A stretch of DNA of 64,000 bases from Ignavibacteria bacterium (GTDB lineage Bacteria > Bacteroidota > Ignavibacteria > Kapaibacteriales > Kapaibacteriaceae), in assembly GCA_013204605.1 (NCBI GenBank), contig JABMNI010000041.1:170-64169 (forward strand), given 5' to 3'. The notes under the pieces were generated by a model that saw only the letters and a program-made list of their open reading frames with translations, was not told the origin of the DNA and did no database searches. Shown piece after piece: positions 1-9,753 of the stretch. Position 1 is the stretch's first letter; every line of letters starts with the position of its first letter. A program made the translations under genes and the position numbers.

Positions 1-235
1 TTTCGTACGGCGACAACTCGTCATTAATCACCAGTGGCACCTTGCCGTGTGGTGTTTCAAGAATGACGGATTCGGTGCTCTCCATGCCCCCAAGCATGTC
101 GGACTCGTGCTGAAGTTCGGCAATCCAGTTGTACAATGCGGATGACACAGCCAGCTCGTGAGGGGGCTTACCATGTTCGTTTGCGTATCGTTCAACCGAA
201 GCAAAAACTTCATCAAATGCATCAAACCAGTCCAT
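1..235 (-). CDS. Hypothetical protein, runs off the left edge (3' partial)
   Basis: ATG at 235 opens a frame MDWFDAFDEVFASVERYANEHGKPPHELAVSSALYNWIAELQ...TPHGKVPLVINDELSPYE that stays open to the edge; not in the supplied ORF track. Confidence 0.6.
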   Translation of the reverse strand, partial: MDWFDAFDEVFASVERYANEHGKPPHELAVSSALYNWIAELQHESDMLGGMESTESVILETPHGKVPLVINDELSPYE

Positions 236-479
236 TTTTCCTACTTTTTCTATGTAAAAATGGCAAAACGCCAGACCACATACAACAACCTCGCAAGCGC
301 CCCGAAGTTACCCATGAGTTATTAACACACAGCCTGGGAGAGCCCCTTTTACCATTAATTCGCGTTTTTTCCATATTTTAACACTCTTTTCTCGGGCCCT
401 AAACTTGTTTCAATAACCTTTAGCGACGAATGCGATGCGGAGGGCCGCGCAAAGTAATTCGTTTGGTTCGGAGTATTAC

Positions 480-2732
480 ATGTCGGAACAGACAGAAGAT
501 CAAAATGAAGTTACACAGGACAGTTCAGCCGATACGGCGAACGATGCGCCTGAAGTAGCTGTGGAAGTGGTGGAAGAAGAAACAGTTGCAGTACCGGAAG
601 CTCCGGTAGCGGTGGCTGAAGAAGTAGTTGAAGAACAAGTAAGCGCAGTTGAGGCTGTTGCAGCACAAACAACATTTGTTGAAGAGACATCGATGGAATC
701 GATTGCTATGCGTGCTGCTCAAAAAGCAATCAACACAAAATCTGCCATGGCTAAAATTCTCGAAGGGGAGTTGGATGACGTGTCGATGACAGATGATGCG
801 TTTAGAAGCTTGTTCGATGACAAACTTTCACGTGTAAAAGAAGATGAGATGGTTCACGGTACAGTGGTATCGGTAACCAAGGATGAAATTTTAGTCGACA
901 TCGGATTCAAATCACTAGGTATTGTTCCGCGCGCTGAATTTGTTGGTGCCGAGACTTTGTTACCGGGTGATGGCGTTGACGTATTTGTTGAGAAGATAGA
1001 AGATGGCGAAGGACGACTAATTCTTAGTCGACGTCGCGCTGACTTCATGAAAACTTGGGAAGATATTCTTAAGCTTCATGAAACTCAGGCTATCACTCCT
1101 GTACACATTCTGCGTAGAATCAAGGGTGGAATGGTTGTTGACCTTTTGGGTATCGAGGCCTTCCTTCCGGGATCGCAAATCGATGTTCGTCCGGTTCGTG
1201 ACTTCGACGCATGGGTTGGAAAAACTCTCGACGTTCGTGTAGTTAAGGTAAATCATCCTAGCGAGAACGTTGTTGTAAGTCATAAGGTATTGCTTGAAGA
1301 GCACTTGGCTGAACAACGCGGAAAAATTCTTGAGCTACTTGAGAAGGGTCTTGTACTTGAAGGTGTGGTTAAAGCAATCGCAGACTTCGGAGTATTTGTT
1401 GACCTTGGTGGTGTTGATGGTTTGGTACACATCACAGATCTATCATGGGGTAGAGTTACTCATCCAAGTGAGATTGTTCAACTTGATGAGCACGTTAAAG
1501 TTGTGGTCCTTGAGTACGATGAGAATCGCAAACGAATCTCGTTGGGAATGAAGCAACTAACACCTCATCCATGGGATCAGATTTCGGAACGTTACGAGCC
1601 GAACTCGACGGTATCCGGCAAGGTTGTTTCCTTGACTGACTACGGCGCGTTTATTGAAATTGAAAAAGGTGTTGAAGGCTTGATTCACATTAGTGAGATG
1701 AGCTGGACTCAGCACGTTAAGCATCCATCGCAGGTTGTGAGCTTGGGTCAAGTTGTTAACGCGGTTGTATTGAGTATCGACAAAGGCGAGCGCAAACTTG
1801 CCCTTGGTATGAAGCAACTCGAGCCTGATCCTTGGAACGACCTAACAGCTAAGTATCCGGTTGATTCAACGCACAAAGGTATTGTTCGCAACCTCACCAA
1901 CTTTGGTGTGTTTGTTGAACTTGAGCCTGGTGTTGATGGACTGGTTCACATTTCTGACCTTTCTTGGACAAAGAAAATTCGTCATCCGGGTGAGTTTGTG
2001 AAGAAGGGCGACGAACTTGATGTTATCGTTCTTGCTATCGACAACGAGCACCGTCGGATTTCTCTTGGCCATAAGCAGATCAGCGAAAACCCATGGGATA
2101 TCTTTGAGAACGAATTTGGTGTTGGCACCGAAACTGAAGGTAAAATCATTCGCATCATCGATAAAGGTGTGATTGTTGAACTTCCTCAGGGTGTTGATGG
2201 ATTCGTTCCGGTATCACAACTTTCGTTCGCACCTGTTCGGAACATTGCAGACTTCTTCAACCCTGATGATACGTTGATGATTAAGGTTGTAGAGTTTGAT
2301 AAAGAGCAGAAGAAGATTGTTCTTTCCGCAGTTGAGTATTTGCGCGGTAGAGGTGCCGAAGAGATTGACGCATACAATGCGAAACACCCGGTTCCAAATG
2401 CTGACAAATACAATACGGACGGTTCGGCTTCAACTTCGACAACCATGGAAGATCTTGAAGATTCTTTCCCGGTTGAAGAATTGGGTCTGGACTATTCTGG
2501 AATTCAGATTCCCGACATCATTATCGACGAAGATGATAATGGTGACCGCGTTGTAGAACCAGTCAAAAAAGCTCCAAAGGCGAAGGCGAAAGCTAAAGTT
2601 GTCGCTGAGGCTCCGGCTGAAGTTGTTGCTGAGGCTGCTGCTGAAGTTGCTGCTGAGGCTGCTGCTGATGACGTAGCTGCTGACGACGCTCCTGCAGAGG
2701 ATGCCGCTAGCACGGAAGAGCCAACAGCGTAA
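480..2732 (+). CDS. rpsA: 30S ribosomal protein S1
   Basis: Six S1 repeats (e.g. FGVFVDLGGVDGLVHITDLSW, YGAFIEIEKGVEGLIHISEMSW); GGAG just upstream of ATG at 480; long acidic/Ala-rich N- and C-terminal extensions. Confidence 0.97.
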   Translation: MSEQTEDQNEVTQDSSADTANDAPEVAVEVVEEETVAVPEAPVAVAEEVVEEQVSAVEAVAAQTTFVEETSMESIAMRAAQKAINTKSAMAKILEGELDDVSMTDDAFRSLFDDKLSRVKEDEMVHGTVVSVTKDEILVDIGFKSLGIVPRAEFVGAETLLPGDGVDVFVEKIEDGEGRLILSRRRADFMKTWEDILKLHETQAITPVHILRRIKGGMVVDLLGIEAFLPGSQIDVRPVRDFDAWVGKTLDVRVVKVNHPSENVVVSHKVLLEEHLAEQRGKILELLEKGLVLEGVVKAIADFGVFVDLGGVDGLVHITDLSWGRVTHPSEIVQLDEHVKVVVLEYDENRKRISLGMKQLTPHPWDQISERYEPNSTVSGKVVSLTDYGAFIEIEKGVEGLIHISEMSWTQHVKHPSQVVSLGQVVNAVVLSIDKGERKLALGMKQLEPDPWNDLTAKYPVDSTHKGIVRNLTNFGVFVELEPGVDGLVHISDLSWTKKIRHPGEFVKKGDELDVIVLAIDNEHRRISLGHKQISENPWDIFENEFGVGTETEGKIIRIIDKGVIVELPQGVDGFVPVSQLSFAPVRNIADFFNPDDTLMIKVVEFDKEQKKIVLSAVEYLRGRGAEEIDAYNAKHPVPNADKYNTDGSASTSTTMEDLEDSFPVEELGLDYSGIQIPDIIIDEDDNGDRVVEPVKKAPKAKAKAKVVAEAPAEVVAEAAAEVAAEAAADDVAADDAPAEDAASTEEPTA

Positions 2733-2757
2733 AATCACCGCAAGTTGATTAGTAATT

Positions 2758-2793
2758 AGAGTCCTGAGCGTTTTGCTCAGGACTCTTTTTTTT
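2758..2793 (+). terminator. Rho-independent terminator of rpsA
   Basis: Perfect 12-bp stem AGAGTCCTGAGC/GCTCAGGACTCT followed by a T-tract. Confidence 0.9.
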
Positions 2794-2815
2794 GTTCTGA
2801 TTAGTTTTGAATGTT

Positions 2816-4102
2816 ATGTTACAAGACCCCAACAAAGAATTACTCCACCAATTGTTTGCCATGACGTTCCAAGGCATCAAGCCGGGATTGGAACGCATTC
2901 AACAAATGTTGCAGACGCTGAATAATCCACACCTTTTGTTTCCCGTAATTCATGTTGCAGGTACAAACGGTAAGGGCAGTACAAGTAGCATTCTTGCTTC
3001 GGTTTTGCGAAGCGCGGGGTACAAGGTTGGACTCTACACTTCACCGCACATCGTCAGCTTTAACGAGCGCATAAAAATCAACGCGGAAAATATTTCCGAC
3101 TCCGACGTGGCACGCCTGGCAAGCCCCCTAATGGAAGAAGCTAGACAGATTGGCGGAACATTTTTCGAGGTGACTACTGCAATGGCGTTTCAGTATTTCG
3201 CTGAGCAGCGCGTGGATGTGGCCGTGATTGAAGTGGGCATGGGCGGACGGCTGGATGCGACAAATGTGGTGGAGCCAATTTTGAGTGTGATCACGGCAAT
3301 CGATTTAGATCACACGGAATATCTGGGGAATACCATCGCAAAAATTGCCGCTGAGAAAGGGGGCATTATTAAATGCGGAATTCCAGTTATCGTTTCGGAA
3401 CAGTCGCCGCATCACCGAGCTGAGGTATATAAAACGCTCACCGACATTGCAGAAAAAATAAATTCGCAAGTGGTTTTTGCCGATGATGTAGTAAAGGTCG
3501 AAATCGATCACGTTCATCCCGATCTTAGCATGAGTGTAAGCGTTATCGACGATGATTTTTTGCATTACTACAACGTAGATATTGCCGGTGCGCATCAGGC
3601 CGCAAACGTTGCGACAGTTTTGGCGGCGATTCCATTTTTGCAACGACTCTATTTCATAAACGCCGATCAGCTGCGTTATGGAATCGAGCATGTACGAGAG
3701 CAGAGTGGCCTGTATGGTCGCGTAACGCTCATAAACAAAACGCCGACCACCGTGCTTGACGTTTCGCACAATCCTGCCGGCATTACAACATTGGCCAACA
3801 CGCTGTCGGCCGCTGGCTATGTCACTCCGAATTGGAACGTTGTGTTTGGCGCTATGCAAGACAAAGATGTCGCGGGCATGCTAAAAGCTGCAGCTGTTTT
3901 TGCCGGACATTTCCATTTGTGCACACCTAAAATTGCTCGCGCAGCATCGGTTGACGAACTTGAAAAACTACTAACTGAATTCAGTTCAATTTCGTACACC
4001 GTTCACGCATCTGTCGCTGATGCATTTAGGTCAGCACAACTTGCCGGTCCAACTATTGTATGCGGATCATTTCACGTTGCCGACGAAGTTCTCACCTCGT
4101 GA
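2816..4102 (+). CDS. folC: Folylpolyglutamate synthase/dihydrofolate synthase
   Basis: IHVAGTNGKGS P-loop, GLYTSPH, EVGMGGRLDATN, DLDHTEYLG, DVSHNPAG, VCGSF. Confidence 0.95.
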   Translation: MLQDPNKELLHQLFAMTFQGIKPGLERIQQMLQTLNNPHLLFPVIHVAGTNGKGSTSSILASVLRSAGYKVGLYTSPHIVSFNERIKINAENISDSDVARLASPLMEEARQIGGTFFEVTTAMAFQYFAEQRVDVAVIEVGMGGRLDATNVVEPILSVITAIDLDHTEYLGNTIAKIAAEKGGIIKCGIPVIVSEQSPHHRAEVYKTLTDIAEKINSQVVFADDVVKVEIDHVHPDLSMSVSVIDDDFLHYYNVDIAGAHQAANVATVLAAIPFLQRLYFINADQLRYGIEHVREQSGLYGRVTLINKTPTTVLDVSHNPAGITTLANTLSAAGYVTPNWNVVFGAMQDKDVAGMLKAAAVFAGHFHLCTPKIARAASVDELEKLLTEFSSISYTVHASVADAFRSAQLAGPTIVCGSFHVADEVLTS

Positions 4103-4183
4103 TAACCATGTACTCAGCACGCACTTACCACGCACTCACCTCGTGATAACCAGGTACTCAGCACGCACTTACCACGCACTCAC
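4091..4183. repeat. 44-bp tandem duplication between convergent folC and menA-like genes
   Basis: CTCACCTCGTGATAACCA(T/G)GTACTCAGCACGCACTTACCACGCA at 4091-4134 and 4135-4178, one mismatch. Confidence 0.9.
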
Positions 4184-4190
4184 TACACAC

Positions 4191-5450
4191 TCACCACGTA
4201 ACAACTAACGCAAGCGCAAATAATACCGTAGCAACAATCTGAAGTTTAATGGTGTTCACATTAGCCTTCACCAGAGTTCTAAGCAAGATGTGTTTGCGCA
4301 TATACGAGATAATCCATGCACCGTACATTAAGCTCACCAGTGCTGAGATGTTGAGAAGGGGCTTTCCATACATTAGCCCAAGCCACACTGTGACTGCAAT
4401 GCTGAGCATCCAAAACATTGAGTAGAAAAGTATGGCGCTCTTTTTTCCGAACGTTACGATGAGATGATTTTTTCCTGTAGAGGCATCGCCCTCTTCGTCG
4501 GGCACTTGATTAAGAACCAAAATATTTGTGGTTAGAAGTCCCGCCGGAATTCCAAACAAAAATGCTTCCCAAGAATATGCGGAAGTAAGAACGTAGTGCA
4601 TTCCCATCGTAATTAACGGACCGAAGGCCAGTCCAATAACAATCTCTCCCAGACCATGCCTGGCAACCAGTCTGATGGGCGGCGCGGTGTAAAAGAAGCC
4701 CAGGAACAAACCAATGGTTCCTATCACAAGCACTCCTGTGCCAACAACGCTGGTTAAATAGACGCCAATAACTAGTGCTGCAATAGCCAAACCAATGGCC
4801 ACATTTCTAGTACCTTTTAAATCTATCAATCGCATTTCAATTGCTCTGCTGCCACCCGAATACTGCACAAAATATTTCGAGTTTGCAGCATCAGTTCCAT
4901 TCTTAACATCGAAATAATCATTAAAAACATTGCTAGCCAAATGTAGGAATGCTACGCCCAGAATGGCAAGTATTGCATGTGTCCACACAATCGGAATTCC
5001 TACTACACCACTACTATATGCCAGTCCAATAAATGTCGGTGTCAACGCCGCGGTCAAAAACGGAGCTCTGGTGATAACTAACCACCGAATAATTTTCGTA
5101 GCAGTTTTAATTGGAACATCAACTACTTCACTCAACTCCTCTGTTACGCCGCAATAACCAATTTGCACCCCGCCTTTAAACGTCGGTGAAATTCTAATTC
5201 GAGCACCGAATTCGTCACCGTTCTTTCGAATAAAAACAGTGTCGGTCACATACTCGCCATCCTTCACCGCAGAAGTAAGCCACGTGTTCAAATTCTGAAG
5301 GACAATCTCGCCCGGCGAAAACAACGAAACGCGCTGCCTCGAAACAACCTCTTGTGCATTATACCCAAACATTGCCTCGGCACCCGAACTAAACGTTTCT
5401 ATGATGCCTTCCATATCACACGTGATAACCGATTTGTCTGCAGCCGCCAT
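4191..5450 (-). CDS. PAS-domain / MenA-like (UbiA family) prenyltransferase fusion
   Basis: N-terminal PAS fold (VITCDMEGIIETFSSGAEAMFGY...RKNGDEF); C-terminal multi-TM UbiA motifs NVFNDYFDVKNGTD, GGSR, YTAPPIRL, NQVPDEEGDASTGK. Confidence 0.85.
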   Translation of the reverse strand: MAAADKSVITCDMEGIIETFSSGAEAMFGYNAQEVVSRQRVSLFSPGEIVLQNLNTWLTSAVKDGEYVTDTVFIRKNGDEFGARIRISPTFKGGVQIGYCGVTEELSEVVDVPIKTATKIIRWLVITRAPFLTAALTPTFIGLAYSSGVVGIPIVWTHAILAILGVAFLHLASNVFNDYFDVKNGTDAANSKYFVQYSGGSRAIEMRLIDLKGTRNVAIGLAIAALVIGVYLTSVVGTGVLVIGTIGLFLGFFYTAPPIRLVARHGLGEIVIGLAFGPLITMGMHYVLTSAYSWEAFLFGIPAGLLTTNILVLNQVPDEEGDASTGKNHLIVTFGKKSAILFYSMFWMLSIAVTVWLGLMYGKPLLNISALVSLMYGAWIISYMRKHILLRTLVKANVNTIKLQIVATVLFALALVVTW

Positions 5451-5632
5451 GGCGTCTCCTGGATGAATGTTGATGAGATGGGTGCTAATATACTAAACTG
5501 ACCCACTGGTCGGAAGTCTAATGTGGAAATTTATTAAATCTTGCCGGGGAACTTTTGCCGGGGAAGAAAATTGGGTTTCGTAGTTTTGTCCTTCATAATC
5601 CTTCCCCTCATAAACAAAATCTTCCCTTAAGA

Positions 5633-7159
5633 ATGCAAAAAACAGCGCTGTTATCCGTTTCAGATAAGACAGGAATTACCGAACTAGCAAAACACCTACA
5701 TGACCTTGGATATCGCATAATGTCGACCGGTGGCACCGCAAAAGCGGTAAGCGAAGCCGGAATTCCGGTGGTTTCGGTGTCTACAATTACGGGCTTTCCT
5801 GAAATAATGAACGGTCGCGTAAAAACACTACACCCGAACGTTCACGGTGGACTGCTGGCAGTGATGGACAATCCGTCGCACGTAAAAGCTCTGAAGGAAC
5901 ATGGTATCGACAAAATAGATGTCCTAGTTGTAAATCTGTATCCGTTCGAAGCAACCGTGGCGAAGGCCGATGCAACACACGAAGAAGTGATAGAAAATAT
6001 CGACATCGGTGGACCAGCCATGGTGCGCGCAGCAGCAAAAAATTATTTGCACACCGTTGTTGTCGTCAACCCAGATCGGTATGCAGAGTTGACAACCATG
6101 CTCACAAATAACGACGTACCAAAAACCACTCGTCTCAATCTCGCGCTCGAAGCGTTTGCGCACACCGCTCAATACGACGCACGTATCGCGCAGTATCTAA
6201 CCACGTTTACAAAAAACGAAAACATTCGCGAGACTGCAATCCCCTTGCGCGTAGATCAACACTTGCGATACGGCGAGAACCCGCACCAAACTGCAACGCT
6301 GTACGGCGATTTCACAAAAATTTTTACACAACTGCACGGCAAGGAATTGTCGTACAATAACATCATCGACATCGACGCCGCAGCAAAACTCTGCACAGAA
6401 TTTTCACAGCCTGCCGTAGTAATCGTTAAGCACACAAACCCTTGCGGCGTGGGCATTGCAGACACCCTCACCGACGCATGGCACAAGGCCTTCGCCACCG
6501 ATACAGTAAGCCCCTTTGGCGGAATAGTTGCTGTCAACCGCGAAGTTGACAAACAATTCGCCGAAACAATTCACAGCATTTTTACCGAGGTTGTAATTGC
6601 GCCGAGTTTCTCCGCAGAGGCACTCGAAATTCTGCAAAAGAAAAAAGATCGACGTCTAATGATTTCAAACGGCGAACTACTTGCAAATAATTTTGGCAAC
6701 GATTTCAAATCTGTGTCAGGGGGCTTTCTGGTTCAATCAACTGATGCGGCATTGTTAAATGCAGGCGCCTTAAAAGTTGTAACCGAGCGCAAACCAACTA
6801 CTGATGAAGAAGCTGCCATGATGTTCGCGTGGACAATTGCAAAGCACGTAAAAAGTAACGCAATTGTATATGCCGCCGCCGATCGTACGCTTGCCATTGG
6901 TGCGGGTCAGATGTCGCGGTTAGATTCCGCTCGAATTGCCGTGCGCAAGGCTGCCGACGCTAACATCCCGTTAGACGGCTGCGCAGTAGCATCAGATGCA
7001 TTTTTTCCTTTTGCCGATGGATTGCTGCAAGCCGCCGAGGCCGGTGCCACCTGCGTTATACAACCGGGCGGATCAATCCGCGACGAAGAAGTTATTGCCG
7101 CAGCTAATGAAAAGGGGCTTGCCATGATGTTCACTGGAATGCGCCACTTCAAGCACTAA
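5633..7159 (+). CDS. purH: Bifunctional AICAR transformylase/IMP cyclohydrolase
   Basis: ALLSVSDKTG, GRVKTLHP, IDIGGP, LRYGENPHQ, KHTNPCG, SDAFFPF, RHFKH. Confidence 0.97.
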   Translation: MQKTALLSVSDKTGITELAKHLHDLGYRIMSTGGTAKAVSEAGIPVVSVSTITGFPEIMNGRVKTLHPNVHGGLLAVMDNPSHVKALKEHGIDKIDVLVVNLYPFEATVAKADATHEEVIENIDIGGPAMVRAAAKNYLHTVVVVNPDRYAELTTMLTNNDVPKTTRLNLALEAFAHTAQYDARIAQYLTTFTKNENIRETAIPLRVDQHLRYGENPHQTATLYGDFTKIFTQLHGKELSYNNIIDIDAAAKLCTEFSQPAVVIVKHTNPCGVGIADTLTDAWHKAFATDTVSPFGGIVAVNREVDKQFAETIHSIFTEVVIAPSFSAEALEILQKKKDRRLMISNGELLANNFGNDFKSVSGGFLVQSTDAALLNAGALKVVTERKPTTDEEAAMMFAWTIAKHVKSNAIVYAAADRTLAIGAGQMSRLDSARIAVRKAADANIPLDGCAVASDAFFPFADGLLQAAEAGATCVIQPGGSIRDEEVIAAANEKGLAMMFTGMRHFKH

Positions 7160-7202
7160 GCATTACTTGTTTTTCTGTATCACTATTCCTGAGTCAGAGT
7201 CT

Positions 7203-9716
7203 TTACTTCGCGTTTCTACTCGCCTCATGTAGCACGTCCAAATTGTGCTGCACTTTCCCATATACAGTGTCTTCCGGAAAGGTTGAATCGGTACCAATCT
7301 CACCCGCAGGATACCGCATCATAATCTCCACTGCATCTTCTAACGTAGTAATTGGATAGATGAAGAATTTCTTTTTTCGGATAGCTTCAACAATTTCGTC
7401 ACGTAGCATTATGTCTGAAACGTTTTGATACGGTATTGCAACTCCTTGCGTGCCAGTTAGCCCCCTATCCATACAGACTTCAAAGAAGCCCGTAATTTTT
7501 TCGTTCACGCCACCGATTGGTTGCACGTCACCTTTTTGATTTATCGAGCCTGTTATGGCAAAATCTTGTCTGATGGGAATGTTGGAAATCGCCGAAAGCA
7601 AGATGAGAATTTCGGCCACAGATGCACTGTCGCCGTCGATGCCGCCATACGATTGTTCAAACGCAATACTGGCCGTAAACGATATTGGTTGAGAGCGAGA
7701 GAAAAGCGATCGCAGTAGTCCCGATAATATCAACACGCCCTTAGAGTGGATGGCTCCACTCATATCAACCTCGCGCTCGATGTTCACGATGCCGGCGTTT
7801 CCGGCACTGACAGTAGCTGTGATGCGCGATGGTTTGCCGTATGCTACAATGCCGGCTTCGTATACAGTTAGTCCATTAATCTGACCCACTCGTTCGCCCT
7901 TGACATCGATTAGCAATGTCCCTTTTGTTATCTCTTCGCGCATCTGTATATCCACGCTGTTGCTGCGCCACCTGCGTTGCTCCAACGCGTGTAAAACATG
8001 TGTACGGGTTACAATTTTGCCACCATTGATTTTTGCAAAATGAGAAGCCTCCCGAAAAACATCAGCAACGTAGCTGAATTGAAGCGAGATTTTCGATTTC
8101 GATTCCGAGTATGCCACGGCCCACTCTACTATAGCTGAAGCGCCCGATGCATTACAGTGTAATAACGATTCCTCCTGCGCAAGCCGGTGAAAAAATCGAC
8201 AATAGTTCTGCACCATTGTGACCGAAAGTTTTGCCGTATCATCGAATTGCGAATGCACCTTAAACATTTTATGAAAGTCTTCATCGGCCGCCCACAAGGC
8301 ATCATAGATGCTCGGATCTCCAAGCAATATCACCTTAACATTCACCTTAATCCATTCGGGATTTATTTGGTTAAGTTGCATTTGATTTTCGGGTGACTGT
8401 ATCTCCAATCGGTTGTACAGTAGCACTTTCTTTAACGCATTCCAAAGCGTTGCATCAGCTAACAAATCCATTGCATTCAGAACAATGTATCCACCATCGG
8501 CACGCAACAAAGAACCCGCGCGAATATTTGTAAAGTCACTCACCACAAACCCGCTCGAGTCCATGCGCTTTTCGATCGTACCAAATAAACTCGCAAACGT
8601 TGGCGACGTTTCAACAAGGATCGGCGCCGTCTTCGTATCGTAGTTGTCTACAATCAAATTCACATAATGCTTTCGTTCAAGAACCTTGATCTGCTCATCT
8701 GCAACGGGATCCACCACACCTGCCTGTTGAGCAGAATACGCTTTGACGTATTCTTCCAAATGCCGCAACAAGAACGCCGTAACGCCCAACAAATATTGCT
8801 CAACTCGTTCGCGTGGAAAACTGTGTCGAACATCCGATAATACTGCATTTAGTAAAATCTCCACAGCAACTCGGTCATGCTTAGAAAGTTCGCGTTTGAA
8901 ATTCGTCATTAGGCGCAACGACCTTCTACCCAAATCATTCAATTCGTCGCGGTGAATCGCATATTTTTTGCGAATTTTTTCAACCTCTTTCAGCGTAATC
9001 CCACCCTTCGCCAGCAATTCGTCCAGCTCATCTGGTGAAAGGGGCTTTCCATCTACTAAGGGGAATATCTCGGAGCGCGTTGTGCCGTCTTCTTCCTGCA
9101 GTTGACCGAGCACGAAGCCCACCGGACGCAACTTTGCATCGTACTCTTGCAAGAGGTCTTGCTCCAAGGTCTGATACCGCTGAATAATTTCTTTGCGTTT
9201 CGATTGAAATTGTTCCTCGTCGAAAAGCATTGGGATGCGGCGCTTAATCACGGTAAAGCAATCCGACATCATCTCCTTAAATACTCGACCTTCTCCAACA
9301 TCAAAACGTAGCAACACCGGACACTCTGGCTGTTTAAAATTGTACACGTAGGCAAAGTCATATAACTCTTCAACTAAATGTTTGTGCTCATCCAAGATTT
9401 GCCTAACCGTTGTCATTCTTCCTGTACCAACCACGCCAGAAGCCCAAATGTTATAGCCTTGACTTCTAATTTGTGCGCCCAAACGTATGGCTTCGATGGC
9501 CCTATCCTGTCCGACAATTTTATTGAGGGGTATTAACTCTCGCGTCGTTTTAAACTTCACCCACTTTGTAGGACATACCCATTGTGCGTCTGCCGCAGTC
9601 AAAGGCACAAACTTTCGGAGCATGGCCACAGGAACCGCAGGCTTTGCAGTTTTCAGTCTTTTTTTCGAAGCTGTAGTAGGTGTTTTCTTACTTACATCAG
9701 AATTTTTCTTTGCCAT
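7203..9716 (-). CDS. Lon-like (LonB/LonC-type, AAA_32) protease
   Basis: IVGQDRA, degenerate Walker A GVVGTGRMT, GQINGL, EQSYGGIDGDSAS (catalytic Ser), GGVNEKI (catalytic Lys). Confidence 0.9.
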   Translation of the reverse strand: MAKKNSDVSKKTPTTASKKRLKTAKPAVPVAMLRKFVPLTAADAQWVCPTKWVKFKTTRELIPLNKIVGQDRAIEAIRLGAQIRSQGYNIWASGVVGTGRMTTVRQILDEHKHLVEELYDFAYVYNFKQPECPVLLRFDVGEGRVFKEMMSDCFTVIKRRIPMLFDEEQFQSKRKEIIQRYQTLEQDLLQEYDAKLRPVGFVLGQLQEEDGTTRSEIFPLVDGKPLSPDELDELLAKGGITLKEVEKIRKKYAIHRDELNDLGRRSLRLMTNFKRELSKHDRVAVEILLNAVLSDVRHSFPRERVEQYLLGVTAFLLRHLEEYVKAYSAQQAGVVDPVADEQIKVLERKHYVNLIVDNYDTKTAPILVETSPTFASLFGTIEKRMDSSGFVVSDFTNIRAGSLLRADGGYIVLNAMDLLADATLWNALKKVLLYNRLEIQSPENQMQLNQINPEWIKVNVKVILLGDPSIYDALWAADEDFHKMFKVHSQFDDTAKLSVTMVQNYCRFFHRLAQEESLLHCNASGASAIVEWAVAYSESKSKISLQFSYVADVFREASHFAKINGGKIVTRTHVLHALEQRRWRSNSVDIQMREEITKGTLLIDVKGERVGQINGLTVYEAGIVAYGKPSRITATVSAGNAGIVNIEREVDMSGAIHSKGVLILSGLLRSLFSRSQPISFTASIAFEQSYGGIDGDSASVAEILILLSAISNIPIRQDFAITGSINQKGDVQPIGGVNEKITGFFEVCMDRGLTGTQGVAIPYQNVSDIMLRDEIVEAIRKKKFFIYPITTLEDAVEIMMRYPAGEIGTDSTFPEDTVYGKVQHNLDVLHEASRNAK

Positions 9717-9753
9717 ATTTGATTTTTGATAGTCGGAGTTGTCTTCGCAATAA

